Position numbers and translations under genes: made by a program | Notes under the pieces: generated by a model | Databases searched by the model: none | What the model was told of the DNA's origin: nothing | The model's input: the letters and a program-made list of their open reading frames with translations, nothing else | Shown here: positions 1-10,154 of the stretch, piece after piece | Position numbering within the stretch: position 1 is the first letter of the stretch | Layout of the letters: each line of letters opens with the position of its first letter | Source: Bigelowiella natans CCMP2755 | Taxonomy: Eukaryota > Protista > Cercozoa | Reading direction: 5' to 3' | DNA length: 35,752 bases | NCBI GenBank assembly: GCA_000320545.1 | Contig: ADNK01001426.1 | Coordinates: 1 to 35,752 of the forward strand

Positions 1-91
1 TGTGTGTGTGTGTGTGTGTGTGTGCGCGTGTGCGTGCGCGCTCGCTCGCTCTCTCTCACACACTCTCTCCCACCCCCACACTCACACGCAT

Positions 92-145
<54 letters not shown>

Positions 146-236
146 ATCTCTCTCTCTCTCTCACTCACACACACACACACACACACACATATTCTTTTAC
201 ATATATTCCTTCCCTCTCTTATATTCTTTTTTTTTT

Positions 237-325
<89 letters not shown>
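1..325. repeat. Compound intronic microsatellite (TG)n-(CT)n-(CA)n-(TA)n
   Basis: Visible dinucleotide arrays, including ~80 bp of pure (TA)n at ~239-323. Lies beyond the minus-strand splice donor at 426, so it is inside a hemW intron. Confidence 0.95.
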
Positions 326-329
<4 letters not shown>

Positions 330-426
330 GTAGCCTTATGAGTAGAAAAGATGAAGATGAAGAAGAAGAAGATGATGATGATGATGATTTGGCATCTAGG
401 TTGATATCAGTGTATTTGCTATTTAC

Positions 427-1605
427 CAGGATCCATTTCCATTGAAATTTCTGCAGATGTTGAAATTCCGTATCTTGCGTCGAGTTCCGTCAGCACATCT
501 GAAGTAGATGAAGGAGGGATGTGAAGGAGGGTTAGGGTAGGAGTAAGTTTACTACAACACCTACTTCTACTACTCATACTACTACAAACATTGTTGTGGT
601 CGATCTTATCATGTATGTGACAATATGATATGCAACTGTTAGTCTATTCTTCTAACCAACTTCAAACATTAACGACGACGACATGTTGTTCAACTTTTAG
701 TAGCACTTCATACTGTCTGTCGCCACCTGCAATAAATTGAGGAGGGGCAAGCGACGGTGTTCCCCCTCCAAAAAATACTGTTTCTAATTCGTTTCCCAAT
801 TCTTGAGGTGTAGCCTGAGTATATTCTTTCTCGTTATTCAAATTCATCTTTTTTTTCTGAAGGAGTAGGTGGACGATGATTCTAATCGACAGTAACACCA
901 AAGTTGTTCTTAAGTTGTGGTTTTGTCATGCGAGCGTCGTCGTGTACCTTGATTTCTCGTCGCAAAGCATGCAAATATGTGTCATGTCGCGACTCCCAGG
1001 TTGTTCTGAAATGAGTAGAAAATAGAATCATAGCAGCAAGCAGCAGAAGTCGTATGGTTCTTCATGCTACATGCAGTGTGTACGACTTACTTTTTATCCC
1101 CGACAACCGATATGGCAAAGTCACAATAGAAGCAACGTCTCCTGCAAAAGGGAACATGCACGTATGCTGACTTTGCAGCATTGCTTACACCTAATTTATG
1201 ACAATCCAACATCGAGTCAAATTGAGAAATTGCTCACAATATGTGTCCTCCTCCGCCCCCTCCCGAGCATGTAGTACTACTTTTAACAGTGTATCTTGCA
1301 ATTCTACCAGGTTTTGGCCCCCGTCTGGCAAATAATTCTGTCGATGCCTTTCCCCTGTGACCACTTCTATGGCCACTCCTGTGGTAGCATTTCCCCAATC
1401 GAGTCGTTCTTCTAGCTGAGCTCAAGCTCCATCTTTTTCGAGAGGTATGATCCTGAATACTACTCTTGCCATGCGCCTCCATAAACAATCTCGACGACAA
1501 TTGTACAACGTTGATACTGGAACGGTGAACTCGCCTATGTTCAGTATTGCTCCACACCGCAACTATGCACAACAGCCACAATGTGCAAAACCTGCCTCCT
1601 CCCAT
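427..1605 (-). CDS. hemW: Radical SAM HemW/HemN-like protein (heme chaperone / oxygen-independent coproporphyrinogen III oxidase-like), probably plastid-targeted; multi-exon, 3' part outside the window
   Basis: Phase-consistent GT-AG exons give [26 protein letters not shown] (CxxxCxxC), [23 protein letters not shown] and [10 protein letters not shown]. The N-terminus [19 protein letters not shown] plus an Arg/Ser-rich stretch resembles a bipartite leader. Confidence 0.9.
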
Positions 1606-1662
1606 GCGGCAGCAGCAACCCCGATGAGTGGGTCGCAGTCCTCCTGGTTCGTGCTTTATTTG

Positions 1663-1810
1663 TTAGGCAGAATTGTGACAGTTGTTTCTGGGGTAAATGA
1701 TGTGTGTTTTTTAGGCAGAATTGTGACAGTTGTTTCTGGGGTAAATGATGAATTTTGTGATTTGTTTGTTGGGCAGAATTGCACAGTTGTTTCTATGGCA
1801 AATGACAACA
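1663..1810. repeat. Three local copies of a ~40-bp unit
   Basis: ttaggcagaattgtgacagttgtttctggggtaaatgatg is identical at 1663 and 1711, with a diverged copy at ~1769. Confidence 0.9.
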
Positions 1811-2900
1811 CTGCGTTTCGCACACTGCAAGTGTCTTGCAACATTTTTAAAGTGTGGTTCATCATCATTGTTCATTGTTCATTGTTCATTGTGATCACGC
1901 TGGTTGTCATCTGCTTCGATGCCCGATCCCGTCTCCTTTCCATCGTGCGCACACTTGAGTTCCGATCTTGTGAGCATCCTTTGGACAGCCCTGCACAGTG
2001 TGGAAACGTTTTCTGGTCCAACTCGTCAGAACGGCCTTTTCAACTTCAGAGGCCGCTGATGTGTGAACGCCCAGCCAGTGCAAAAAATGCCACGAACGAG
2101 CTTGGTCTAGTGGTGATGAGCCCTTTTCATTGCAAGTCACTTGTTCATCGCACGACAAAGTGGAGGGATGTTTTGCAGCGCGCGCAGGAATTGCCATGTT
2201 GCATGGTCTGCGGACGCCTCGCGGGAAACACCCACCCACACCAGCACACAACGCAAACGAATGACGCGAATCAGCCCAGCCCACAAAGAACACCAGAACA
2301 GTCCAAGTCCCGCACCGTGTCGTCAGCGCCAAGACGGCGAAACCACAGAGCTGACAAATCGCAGTCTCTGGGTCTGACAAGTGCCAGAGCACGTGCGTGC
2401 GTGTGCCGTGGTGCAGTGACGACATGCCAGCACGCCACCGCTAGCACCGTGCCATTGCACAGCGCACGACTGTCAGCATGCACTGGCGCATCTTGTCAGT
2501 GCAGTGTGATGACACACTGTGCACCGGCGGCCACAATGCGGCTAGCTAGACCCAGAAACGAAACCTGCATGGAAACTTCATGGTTTCGCGCATTTTGTTG
2601 CAAGAACTGGGACAGCTAGACAGTGCAGCGGCACTGCATAGATTCGTTTGCAAAAGAAACGAAGTTTTTGTTTGGTTCGAGAAAAAAAATCAATTTTGGA
2701 ACGTGCTGGAGGTCAAGTTCTAGAAATTGTGACAAAACTTGACTGCAAGCTGAGGCCTGTGGCCTGTGACAAGTGGTGAGGTTTCGAAGTTTCAAAACTT
2801 CGCAACTTTCTTTTTTTTCGTCGTGCCTGCGAGCTAGTGAGCCTGTTAGAGGTGAAGTTGCAGGCGGTTGTGTAGACGGTGCGCAGCAGCACTGTGCACC

Positions 2901-3168
2901 ACACCCCGCATTTCATTTCCCAACTGCAATCAGTAGCAAAATTTCCAAAAAATCGCAACACGAAAATTTGCCTACTGACGACCTGCTGCTGAACTGAATT
3001 TTGCACAGAATGACACAGCAAAAATCCTACGAACATCACATGTCAAACACCCCACATTTGATTTCCTGTCTACAATCAGTAGCAAAAATTGCGAAAATGC
3101 GCAACATAAAAAATTGCCTACTGACGACCTACTGCTGAACTAAATTGCTAGAATGACATGACAAAAAA
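2901..3168. repeat. Diverged direct repeat, ~120-bp unit, period 146
   Basis: 2901-3024 and 3047-3168 share caatcagtagcaaaa, tgcctactgacgacct, ctgctgaact and agaatgaca. Confidence 0.9.
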
Positions 3169-3403
3169 TGATGGGCAAAGCACATGTCTTTTGTGAAAAC
3201 AATCTTTGTTAAAAATGACATACCATCTAAGTGGAAAATGCAGGTGGTTAATGCTCAAAGTCAAATCTCTGCACAACTTTGAATCAACTTTGAGAAACCG
3301 ATGTGCATGTTGCAAGGCTGTGAACAATTCACAAATTTCCAGAACTTACATCTTTCTACACTACTTCCAAGTTCTTTGACTGCACCACCTCTGCTCTCAA
3401 GTG

Positions 3404-5160
3404 TCAGCCACTATTTTCTCCCTCCTTTTCATCAGCAATTCCAGAAGCCGCAGAAGCCGCAAGGAGTCCCCCAATAACCGCAAATAAGAGATGCGAGACG
3501 TGTGGATATTTTCGAAGAGTTTGCTCTCGTAACGATGTCGTCTCAGATACTAAGTTTGACCGCAAGGATAAATAAAGTTCACGTCCTGAAGGTTGTAATG
3601 CAAACATTTTGAGAATAAAACTCTACGAAAATGTGACTTGACCAACCGTGCATTTCATTCAATCTTTTCTTCAAGCGTGGTCCTTCTGATAAGTTTTATT
3701 ACGTGGGAGTACGATGTGAAAAGTCAGCCAAGTTGGATTGAAAATACGTTACCAATGATGTCACTACAGGCATTGACTCAAAATCATAATTATTCATTTT
3801 TTACCTGGAACCACCATTGTTCGTGCCATGTGATCTCCTATAGTTCTTCGATGCTTCGAGAAAAGCAAAAGTGTAAAATCCATGGTAGACACCACCCCCC
3901 CAATCCCTGGAACAAGCCTAGATATTGAATGAACGGTTGAACGACGAGCAAGTGAGCCGCTGGTGCTAAAGTAGGCATAGTCGCTGACTATAGACTAATA
4001 AAAAGTCTAGCAATCATCCGAGATGCTGATGTTAGAGACGACCGCAAATAGGTCAGAATAATAAGTTAGGTACAACCCTATCAATCCATAGATATTACGC
4101 CACATACTGTAACAGATTGGATCAACAATAATCAAGTCAGCACCACAATGTTATCCCTCTGTCCACATCTTTGCTTTTGCAACAACTTCTCTACATGACC
4201 CTAATGTTCTTGTTGCCGGAATGGAAGTAGCTCGGTATGCCTCTTCACAGTTTCCGTTCTTATCTTTTATCTTGCCAAAACGAAGATGTTATTCAATAGA
4301 GATTGAATAAACTAACCCAAAGCAACAAATAACCCACATGAATCTGAAAAAATCATCACCACCTTTGTTTTCTCAAGCTGAACAATTTCCAAGCCACATA
4401 TTTTCTTCCCCAGGGATCGACCTTTGATATTTTCATCATGAATAATCAAAATAGTTTGGTGGTAGTCGTGAAAATCACCCATTACTCAATGGAATAATGA
4501 CAAGTAAAAGAGATCTTAGCTGTTGAATAATACATCAATAGAATGTTAGTCATTAAAAAATAATGACCTTCGGGAGTCCAAGTATCCCGGAGAACGAACA
4601 ATACTATGCTGCCACACTATAATAAACAATAGATCAGATATAGATTAAGGCGCAGCAGCAATGTGTCTGTTAGAGTGGACCAAACATTGCTTCTTCTTCT
4701 TCTTTTTGTCTGCTTTGGAATGTTAGTACTCACGAAAAGAAACGCCATTTCGTTCGGAGGAATTCCCACCTGTGAATTCATACAGTATCAATGCAATGAG
4801 CTTGTTACTATTACGTCTCCACCACAGCAACAAAAGTCAAACGGTGTAAGAGCTCTTTGCAAGTGAAAATCACATATTATAATGGGAACTATATTGGCTA
4901 CAATAGAATAACGCTTTATTTTATATTGGTTGACACATTAAATGCGAAACTACTTCAATTTATAATTTAACACAATTTCAAATGATTGTAAAAAACAACG
5001 TTGACTTTAATTGATTACTCGGGAAAAGATAATATAGATCTTATGAAGTTTATATGAAACGCAAAACGGATTTGTTTGTTAATCTTATTACGTAACATAG
5101 TGCGACAAACGGTGTAAAACTCTGGACAAGGTCTAGTAATCCAGCAATCGCCCGCCAAAA
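3404..5160 (-). CDS. RDD-family membrane protein exons (probably the C-terminal part of a gene that includes the EF-hand exons)
   Basis: Spliced translation FWRAIAGLLDLVQSFTPFVALCY|VGIPPNEMAFLF|CGSIVLFVLRDTWTPE|GRSLGKKICGLEIV...GMWRNIYG...HRRTIGDHMARTMVVP matches the RDD motifs (R..A..D, GxSLGKxxxGLxV, RxxGDxxAxTxVV). Stop at 3404. Confidence 0.85.
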
Positions 5161-5378
5161 CTGATGATGGTGTGATGATAATGGATAACCACATTATTTT
5201 CCGTGCAGGACAACACTGCAAAACAACATTTTCTCCCTTCATTCCCTCTCCTACTGCCTCGAATATGACATTCCCATCAGAAATCGTTTGATAGCGTATG
5301 ATACGTGTAACGCGATTGATTGTACAAAAAAATAGTATGATCGTAGCACCAAAACACAGGATGGTATTGTATGCTGTG

Positions 5379-5407
<29 letters not shown>

Positions 5408-5410
<3 letters not shown>

Positions 5411-6541
5411 ATAGCGCTGCTTATGAGCAACTGCTGCTTTTTCTACAATGGAAGGTGCTTTTTGGGTGGAAGGGTCAAAGGGATTCCCAAAAACGTCCAC
5501 GTGCTCCAACCACCTACCCAAAAGATATATTATTACGCATAGAAACACCACCCGATAGACATAAGATGCATGCCAGGTGGGTGCTATACTTATACAGAGC
5601 AGAAGAAAAACATGATGATTGATTCACTAATATGATAATATAGAACACTGCTACATACAACTCGTGGTTGGACGGACATAACATGGACACACACACGAGC
5701 GAATGAATAGTACTACAGCGAGGTATGATGATGAGAAACAATATCTCAATGGGGAAAGAGGATAGAGAAGAAGAAGACCATGTAACAAACTTTGCTTTCG
5801 ATATTTGTCCCGTCTTGTCTACCATCACTCGCATCTAAGAAGATATAAGGCAGTACGTAGAAAACAACCAAGAAAGGAGAACCAAGATTGGAGGAGCAAA
5901 CACGGTTGGGGGGTAGGAGAATTTACGTGCTCCATTGTTTCATGTTCCATTTTAGCTGCCTCATTTCCTTTATGGGTAATATCACACCACATTGTATATC
6001 ATCATCTCGGTATTATCATGCTACCTTCCCCATATACACAAAGATGCTTAAAGTGTGAAGCGCATATGGTGAATTTTTTACTCGAAAGGTCCATCGTGAG
6101 TAGATGGCAAAGTTTCTCAATCTCGTCACTGTTGCAAAAATAAGAGACCGCGTTATGAACATTCCTTCACATTTACGAATCGTAATTACCAAGAAATGTG
6201 CCCATTTCGGTCCAAATCGATCCGATCAAATGCCTGGCACGCATTGTGCTGTTGATGTAAATTAACTATTGGCTAATTGATGAGCTACGACGAAGTAGTA
6301 AATTCAAAACCAGAATGATTCGCTGAGAAATGAAGAGGCCCTCGCTCCGAAACTCCTCTGGCAACATCTTCTCCTCATCTCTCGCCTCGGAAATTTTTGG
6401 GACATTACGGAACGAGGATGCAAACCTAGGCCTACCTGCCCTCTGTAATTTCCATAGATAGGTGGTGCTGGACGCTGATTTTACTTCCCGAGAAGAAGCA
6501 GCACAATGCCTCGTTGTGAATGCTGAGATGGTAGGCGACAT
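5408..6541 (-). CDS. EF-hand pair exons (calmodulin-like); start uncertain
   Basis: Splicing gives AFDRIDLDRNGHISCDEIEKLC, with a canonical 12-residue loop DLDRNGHISCDE (exon 6190-6248 plus the next exon). A degenerate second hand follows: MVDKTGQISKAKFVTWW. The 5' exons were not resolved. Confidence 0.7.
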
Positions 6542-7132
6542 TAAGTTGTCATCTGGAAGTTATCGTAGAAAAAATTTTCACCGACTTCGGAAAGTGGTGC
6601 GAAGTTTTCTTCCGCATCTTAGTTGAAATCGAAGTCCACTCCTCATGTGATGACAGATGCTTACAAGGCGAAATGTCGATAAGGGCATCTAAATCTAACA
6701 CTAAATGTCCTAGCGACGTGGTGGGAGGCACTTATAGGGCTCACAGGTGACTACTGCTACTATTAATTTGTCTTTGTCGTCTGTTCGTTCCTCTTGAGTG
6801 TTTCCATTATAACAAAGGGGTGTGGGTGTGTGCTGTGAATAAGTGTTGCATGTTTGGGCAATAGTTGTGTGTGTTTTGGGCAATAATTATTAAGATATTA
6901 CACAATGTAAATCCAGTAGTATGATGATAATGATGATGATTGACCAATTGAGGATTAAGCGATTGGTACACTCCTTCTTCTTTTTACTGTCGGATATATT
7001 TCCCATAGATAATGATTTCATCATCATCATCATCAACAACAACAACAACAACAACAACCCCGGTCGCAACAATAAATGCTCGAGAAAAGAAGAAAGGCAT
7101 AGAACCAACACAACCCCACCCACCCGGGAGAC

Positions 7133-7937
7133 ATGAAGCGTCAGGTGGTATCAGGAACCGAGGACAGGCTTTTGCACTTGCGCAACCTCTGTGCAGATGT
7201 ATCCAACCTTCTTAAGGGCCCCCTTCCATTAGAATCGGATAAAAAGGTTCATCATTATAGTTTTCACGTATTATATTGTCGTTGCCACTTGGTTTGAGAT
7301 TCACATTTAATTATTCTATGTGTTTCTTTGTGCATTCAATAATCTTTCTTATACGAAATAACTCTACCTCATTTTGGCAGCTTGAGAATATTGAAGCATC
7401 TCTAGAGGATACCTTAACGCGAATTGATGAATTTCAAGCCTTTATCTCTTCGGTAAGCTAAAACATGCTCTATCGATTGAAAAGGTTAATTTTTGAAATA
7501 ACGTTTATTCTAGATTCAATCAAATCGAAAAGAAACAGAGCAGAAGTTAATACCTCAACTTGTAGCCCGAACCTCTCAGATTGAAAATATATTTTCGCAA
7601 ATTGACAAGCTAGAGGTAGAGTCGATAAAATATTCGATGAATTTAACATCATGATTGACTAAGTGTATAAATCGAAGACATTTATCAAGCTATTGGAAGA
7701 TTCTGCAACGAAAATGGAAGACAGAGTCAGGCAAGTTGATGGCGCATTTGGTGAAAACAAATTAAAGAGTTTCCTGGGATCCTTGGTAGAATTTCTTTTA
7801 TTATGTCTTACTCGCAGTTCCTCAAACTAAACATATTTTCATAGTTACGAAACAATGCTGACACAAGGGGAAATGGAAAGGCATTTCAATGGAAACAGGG
7901 AGATATAGTGGTAAGGCACAAGGAATATTTTGAGTGA
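7133..7937 (+). CDS. BLOC1S4: BLOC-1 complex subunit 4 (cappuccino/CNL1-like), 5 exons
   Basis: Phase-0 exons give LEDTLTRIDEFQAFISS...IPQLVARTSQIENIFSQIDKLETFIKLLEDSATKMEDRV...HKEYFE, matching the cappuccino pattern LTRVDEF...IDRLEAFV...MEEQV...DYF as I recall it. Confidence 0.8.
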
Positions 7938-7989
7938 CGCTATTCGACATCAACACTGGCATGCAGGAGGCACAAAAGGGATGTCCTAC

Positions 7990-8565
7990 ATATCATAGCA
8001 TGTGCTGTGTCCGCTGTGGGTATGTAACTCTTCTCAGAATTTGAAATGCTCGGCTACGTACCCTGGTGGTGGCTGGCATCAGCATTGCACCTACTGTACT
8101 AGTCTAGTAGTGTACAGCATCTGTACACGCATCAGACAGCACATTCCGCACTCAATAAAAGCGCTAGAGAGCGCTTGATTGGATGATTGGCATTGCTTTT
8201 TCCGCTCATCGCGTGCCACATTTATTTAGCGCTAGAGCGCTGCATAACAACTAGCACTCGCCTGCGCTAGTGTTGGTCCTATGTTGCTGTGTTTCTGTAG
8301 GGTCCTTCTGTTTTGCTCTGGTGCTCACATCTAGCTAGCTAGACGTCGTACATGCACACACAACACTAGACTAGCTAGCTAGCTACATGCAGTGTTCCTG
8401 TTTATCATGTGCACTTCGTGTGCAAATGAATTGACTTTCATATATGGCGTAGTTCGTAGCCATATATCGTCAAAAAGGTCAAATATACAAAAAGGTGTTG
8501 CATGCTAGATAATGGTCGAAAGCAGCACTAGAGCATGATCTAGCTCTAGCTAGAGCTAGATGGTA
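7990..8565. repeat. CTAG-rich degenerate intergenic block
   Basis: 19 CTAG in 8099-8560 by hand count, including CTAGCTAGCTAG runs. Lies between the convergent BLOC1S4 and CCB3 3' ends. Confidence 0.7.
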
Positions 8566-8570
8566 CACAT

Positions 8571-9526
8571 TTAGCCTCCATTTGCAATTTTTGCCAATAT
8601 GCCCGTGCTACTTGTCAAGACTTCGTTCAGCAGTGAGCATCCCTGTGGTAATAGAAAACTACTATTAACTGCGACTTCTAAAATTCGAATTAACATACCA
8701 GAACCCAAAAGACAGGTGTAGGATCTACACCTTCTGCTCCCATCGGAAATAACTTTCCTAATGGATATCAACAAAGTGTTTGAAAAGCTTTAATAACAGT
8801 GCAGTATTTACTCTAATCCTTACTCGTTGGTTTCAGAAGAGGCTCAGTAAGTTTGTATGGTATGCCCCCGAACGCATCTTCTCGGTCGCTCATTACAAAC
8901 TTGAGTGTACGTCATGAGTAAGAACATCGAATAGAGTCCAAATCGCACACGAATTCAAAAAATCGATTATGAAAATAAAATATGCAGCATTTACTATAAT
9001 TAACCTGATTTTGAACAATCCTGAAAAGAAATAGGAGGAGGTATACTGTGATAAGCGGCCTTTTAAAATAGTTGGTGAAAAATACCAGGTGAACTAGCCA
9101 TTATGAAGAGACTTGATTCTTAACACGCTATGACTTATGAATAATACATTATATAATATTAGGGGAACACAGTGACCTGAGAATAATTCTCGCTGTACCC
9201 GCAGCGGTATTCATTTGCAGCGCCGAAAGCGTGACTAAAGACGAGGTGATAGAGTTTGCTGCAACAGCAGGAGAGACAGCAGTGAGACCCGCAAAAATAG
9301 ATAAACCAGCAGCTAATCCTTTCCTTTTGCTCTCTGGACTGTTGGGTTTCATCTCAAGGATCAGCCTTTGGGGAGGAATCTCATGTGCTGGCAGCTTGTG
9401 AATTTGCTCCCTCCCAGCTTTGGTGAATACTTGCGAATGAGCCCCTCGAAGCGATACTTTAGAGGCAGCCACGCTAGAATGCAAAGAAAGGCTACATACT
9501 AGGGTGAAAAAAAACAAAACTTCCAT
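8571..9526 (-). CDS. CCB3: CCB3-like YGGT-family cytochrome b6 heme ci assembly factor, plastid-targeted, 5 exons
   Basis: Spliced: MEVLFFFTLVCSLSLHSSVAA (signal peptide)...ARIILRPLITVYLLLFLFRIVQNQFV...YKLTEPLLKPTRKLFPMGAEGVDPTPVFWVLGCSLLNEVLTSSTGILAKIANGG. The TEPLL.PTRK..P...GVD.TPV.W.....L.E.L....G.L pattern is CCB3-type. Confidence 0.8.
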
Positions 9527-10154
9527 CGCAGTGCTTGCTTGTAGATTGCCACTAGGTCCGTCTCGTCGTTCTCGTCCTCTTCCCTCGTCTCTATTACTTA
9601 CTGATGGTACACGTCGACCTTCCTGACGTAGGAATAGGGGCTTGGTTTCTTTCTGTGCGACAAACAACAAATGCAGCATTCCCATCGTATTTCCGCAACT
9701 ACGACAACAAGTTCCTCGTGTGATGACTAGATGAGCAATTATCTACGACATCTAATTCTTCCTACATCCATATTTTTTCACCTCTGTTTTTCCTCGATCT
9801 ATGTTGCGATAATTTTCCGGCATAATAGTGTAGTTTAATTCATCACAGCTCGCAACAAGAAGAAAAAAGGCACACACACCCATTATTCGCACCGTCATTC
9901 AACCCCCCTTTCCAATGATTCCCACCTCCTTCTCATTTCGATATCATGTTTTTTTCTGGTTTAATAATGACAAATTCAGAGTGCTATGAGCATGTATTTC
10001 ATTTTCAGCTATGCTACACTAAAAAAGTTAACTGTGATAACTGTACTGTGTGTGGTACCCCACCCCCAAGCAGTTTTGGGTGGTGGATTGTTGAAGTGGT
10101 GTGATGATTATAATGATGATGGAAATTGCATAACAATTGTTTTATCACAAAATC

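Larger units (their letters stand above)
1660..3400. mobile_element. TpA-depleted intergenic block, probable degenerate repeat or transposon relic (class undetermined)
   Basis: Compositional block between two genes with 8 TA in 1851-2840 (hand count). It has internal direct repeats at both ends, no coherent exon structure and no recognisable transposase. Confidence 0.55.

Noticed and set aside
2-341. ORFs with poly-YI/HT/CV and similar ORFs across the window
   Set aside because: Translations of intronic microsatellites.
528-540. Interstitial telomere-like gggttagggtag
   Set aside because: A single repeat in a purine-rich intron, expected by chance.
1663-1810. CRISPR-like repeat array
   Set aside because: Only three copies with 8-18-bp gaps, no cas genes, and a eukaryotic context.
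1447-2619. 390-aa ORF on the + strand
   Set aside because: No recognisable domain, overlaps hemW exon 1 antisense, and has no Tyr over its last ~320 aa. It is a by-product of TA loss removing TAA/TAG stops.
1660-3400. CpG-methylation decay or classical RIP as the cause of the TG/CA excess
   Set aside because: CG remains common and TA is the missing dinucleotide. RIP would increase TA and 5mC decay would deplete CG.
5161-5220. Stop-codon reassignment (TAA in frame upstream of the RDD exon)
   Set aside because: An AG acceptor immediately before 5160 removes it, and other genes here end with ordinary TAA/TGA and have stop-free exons.
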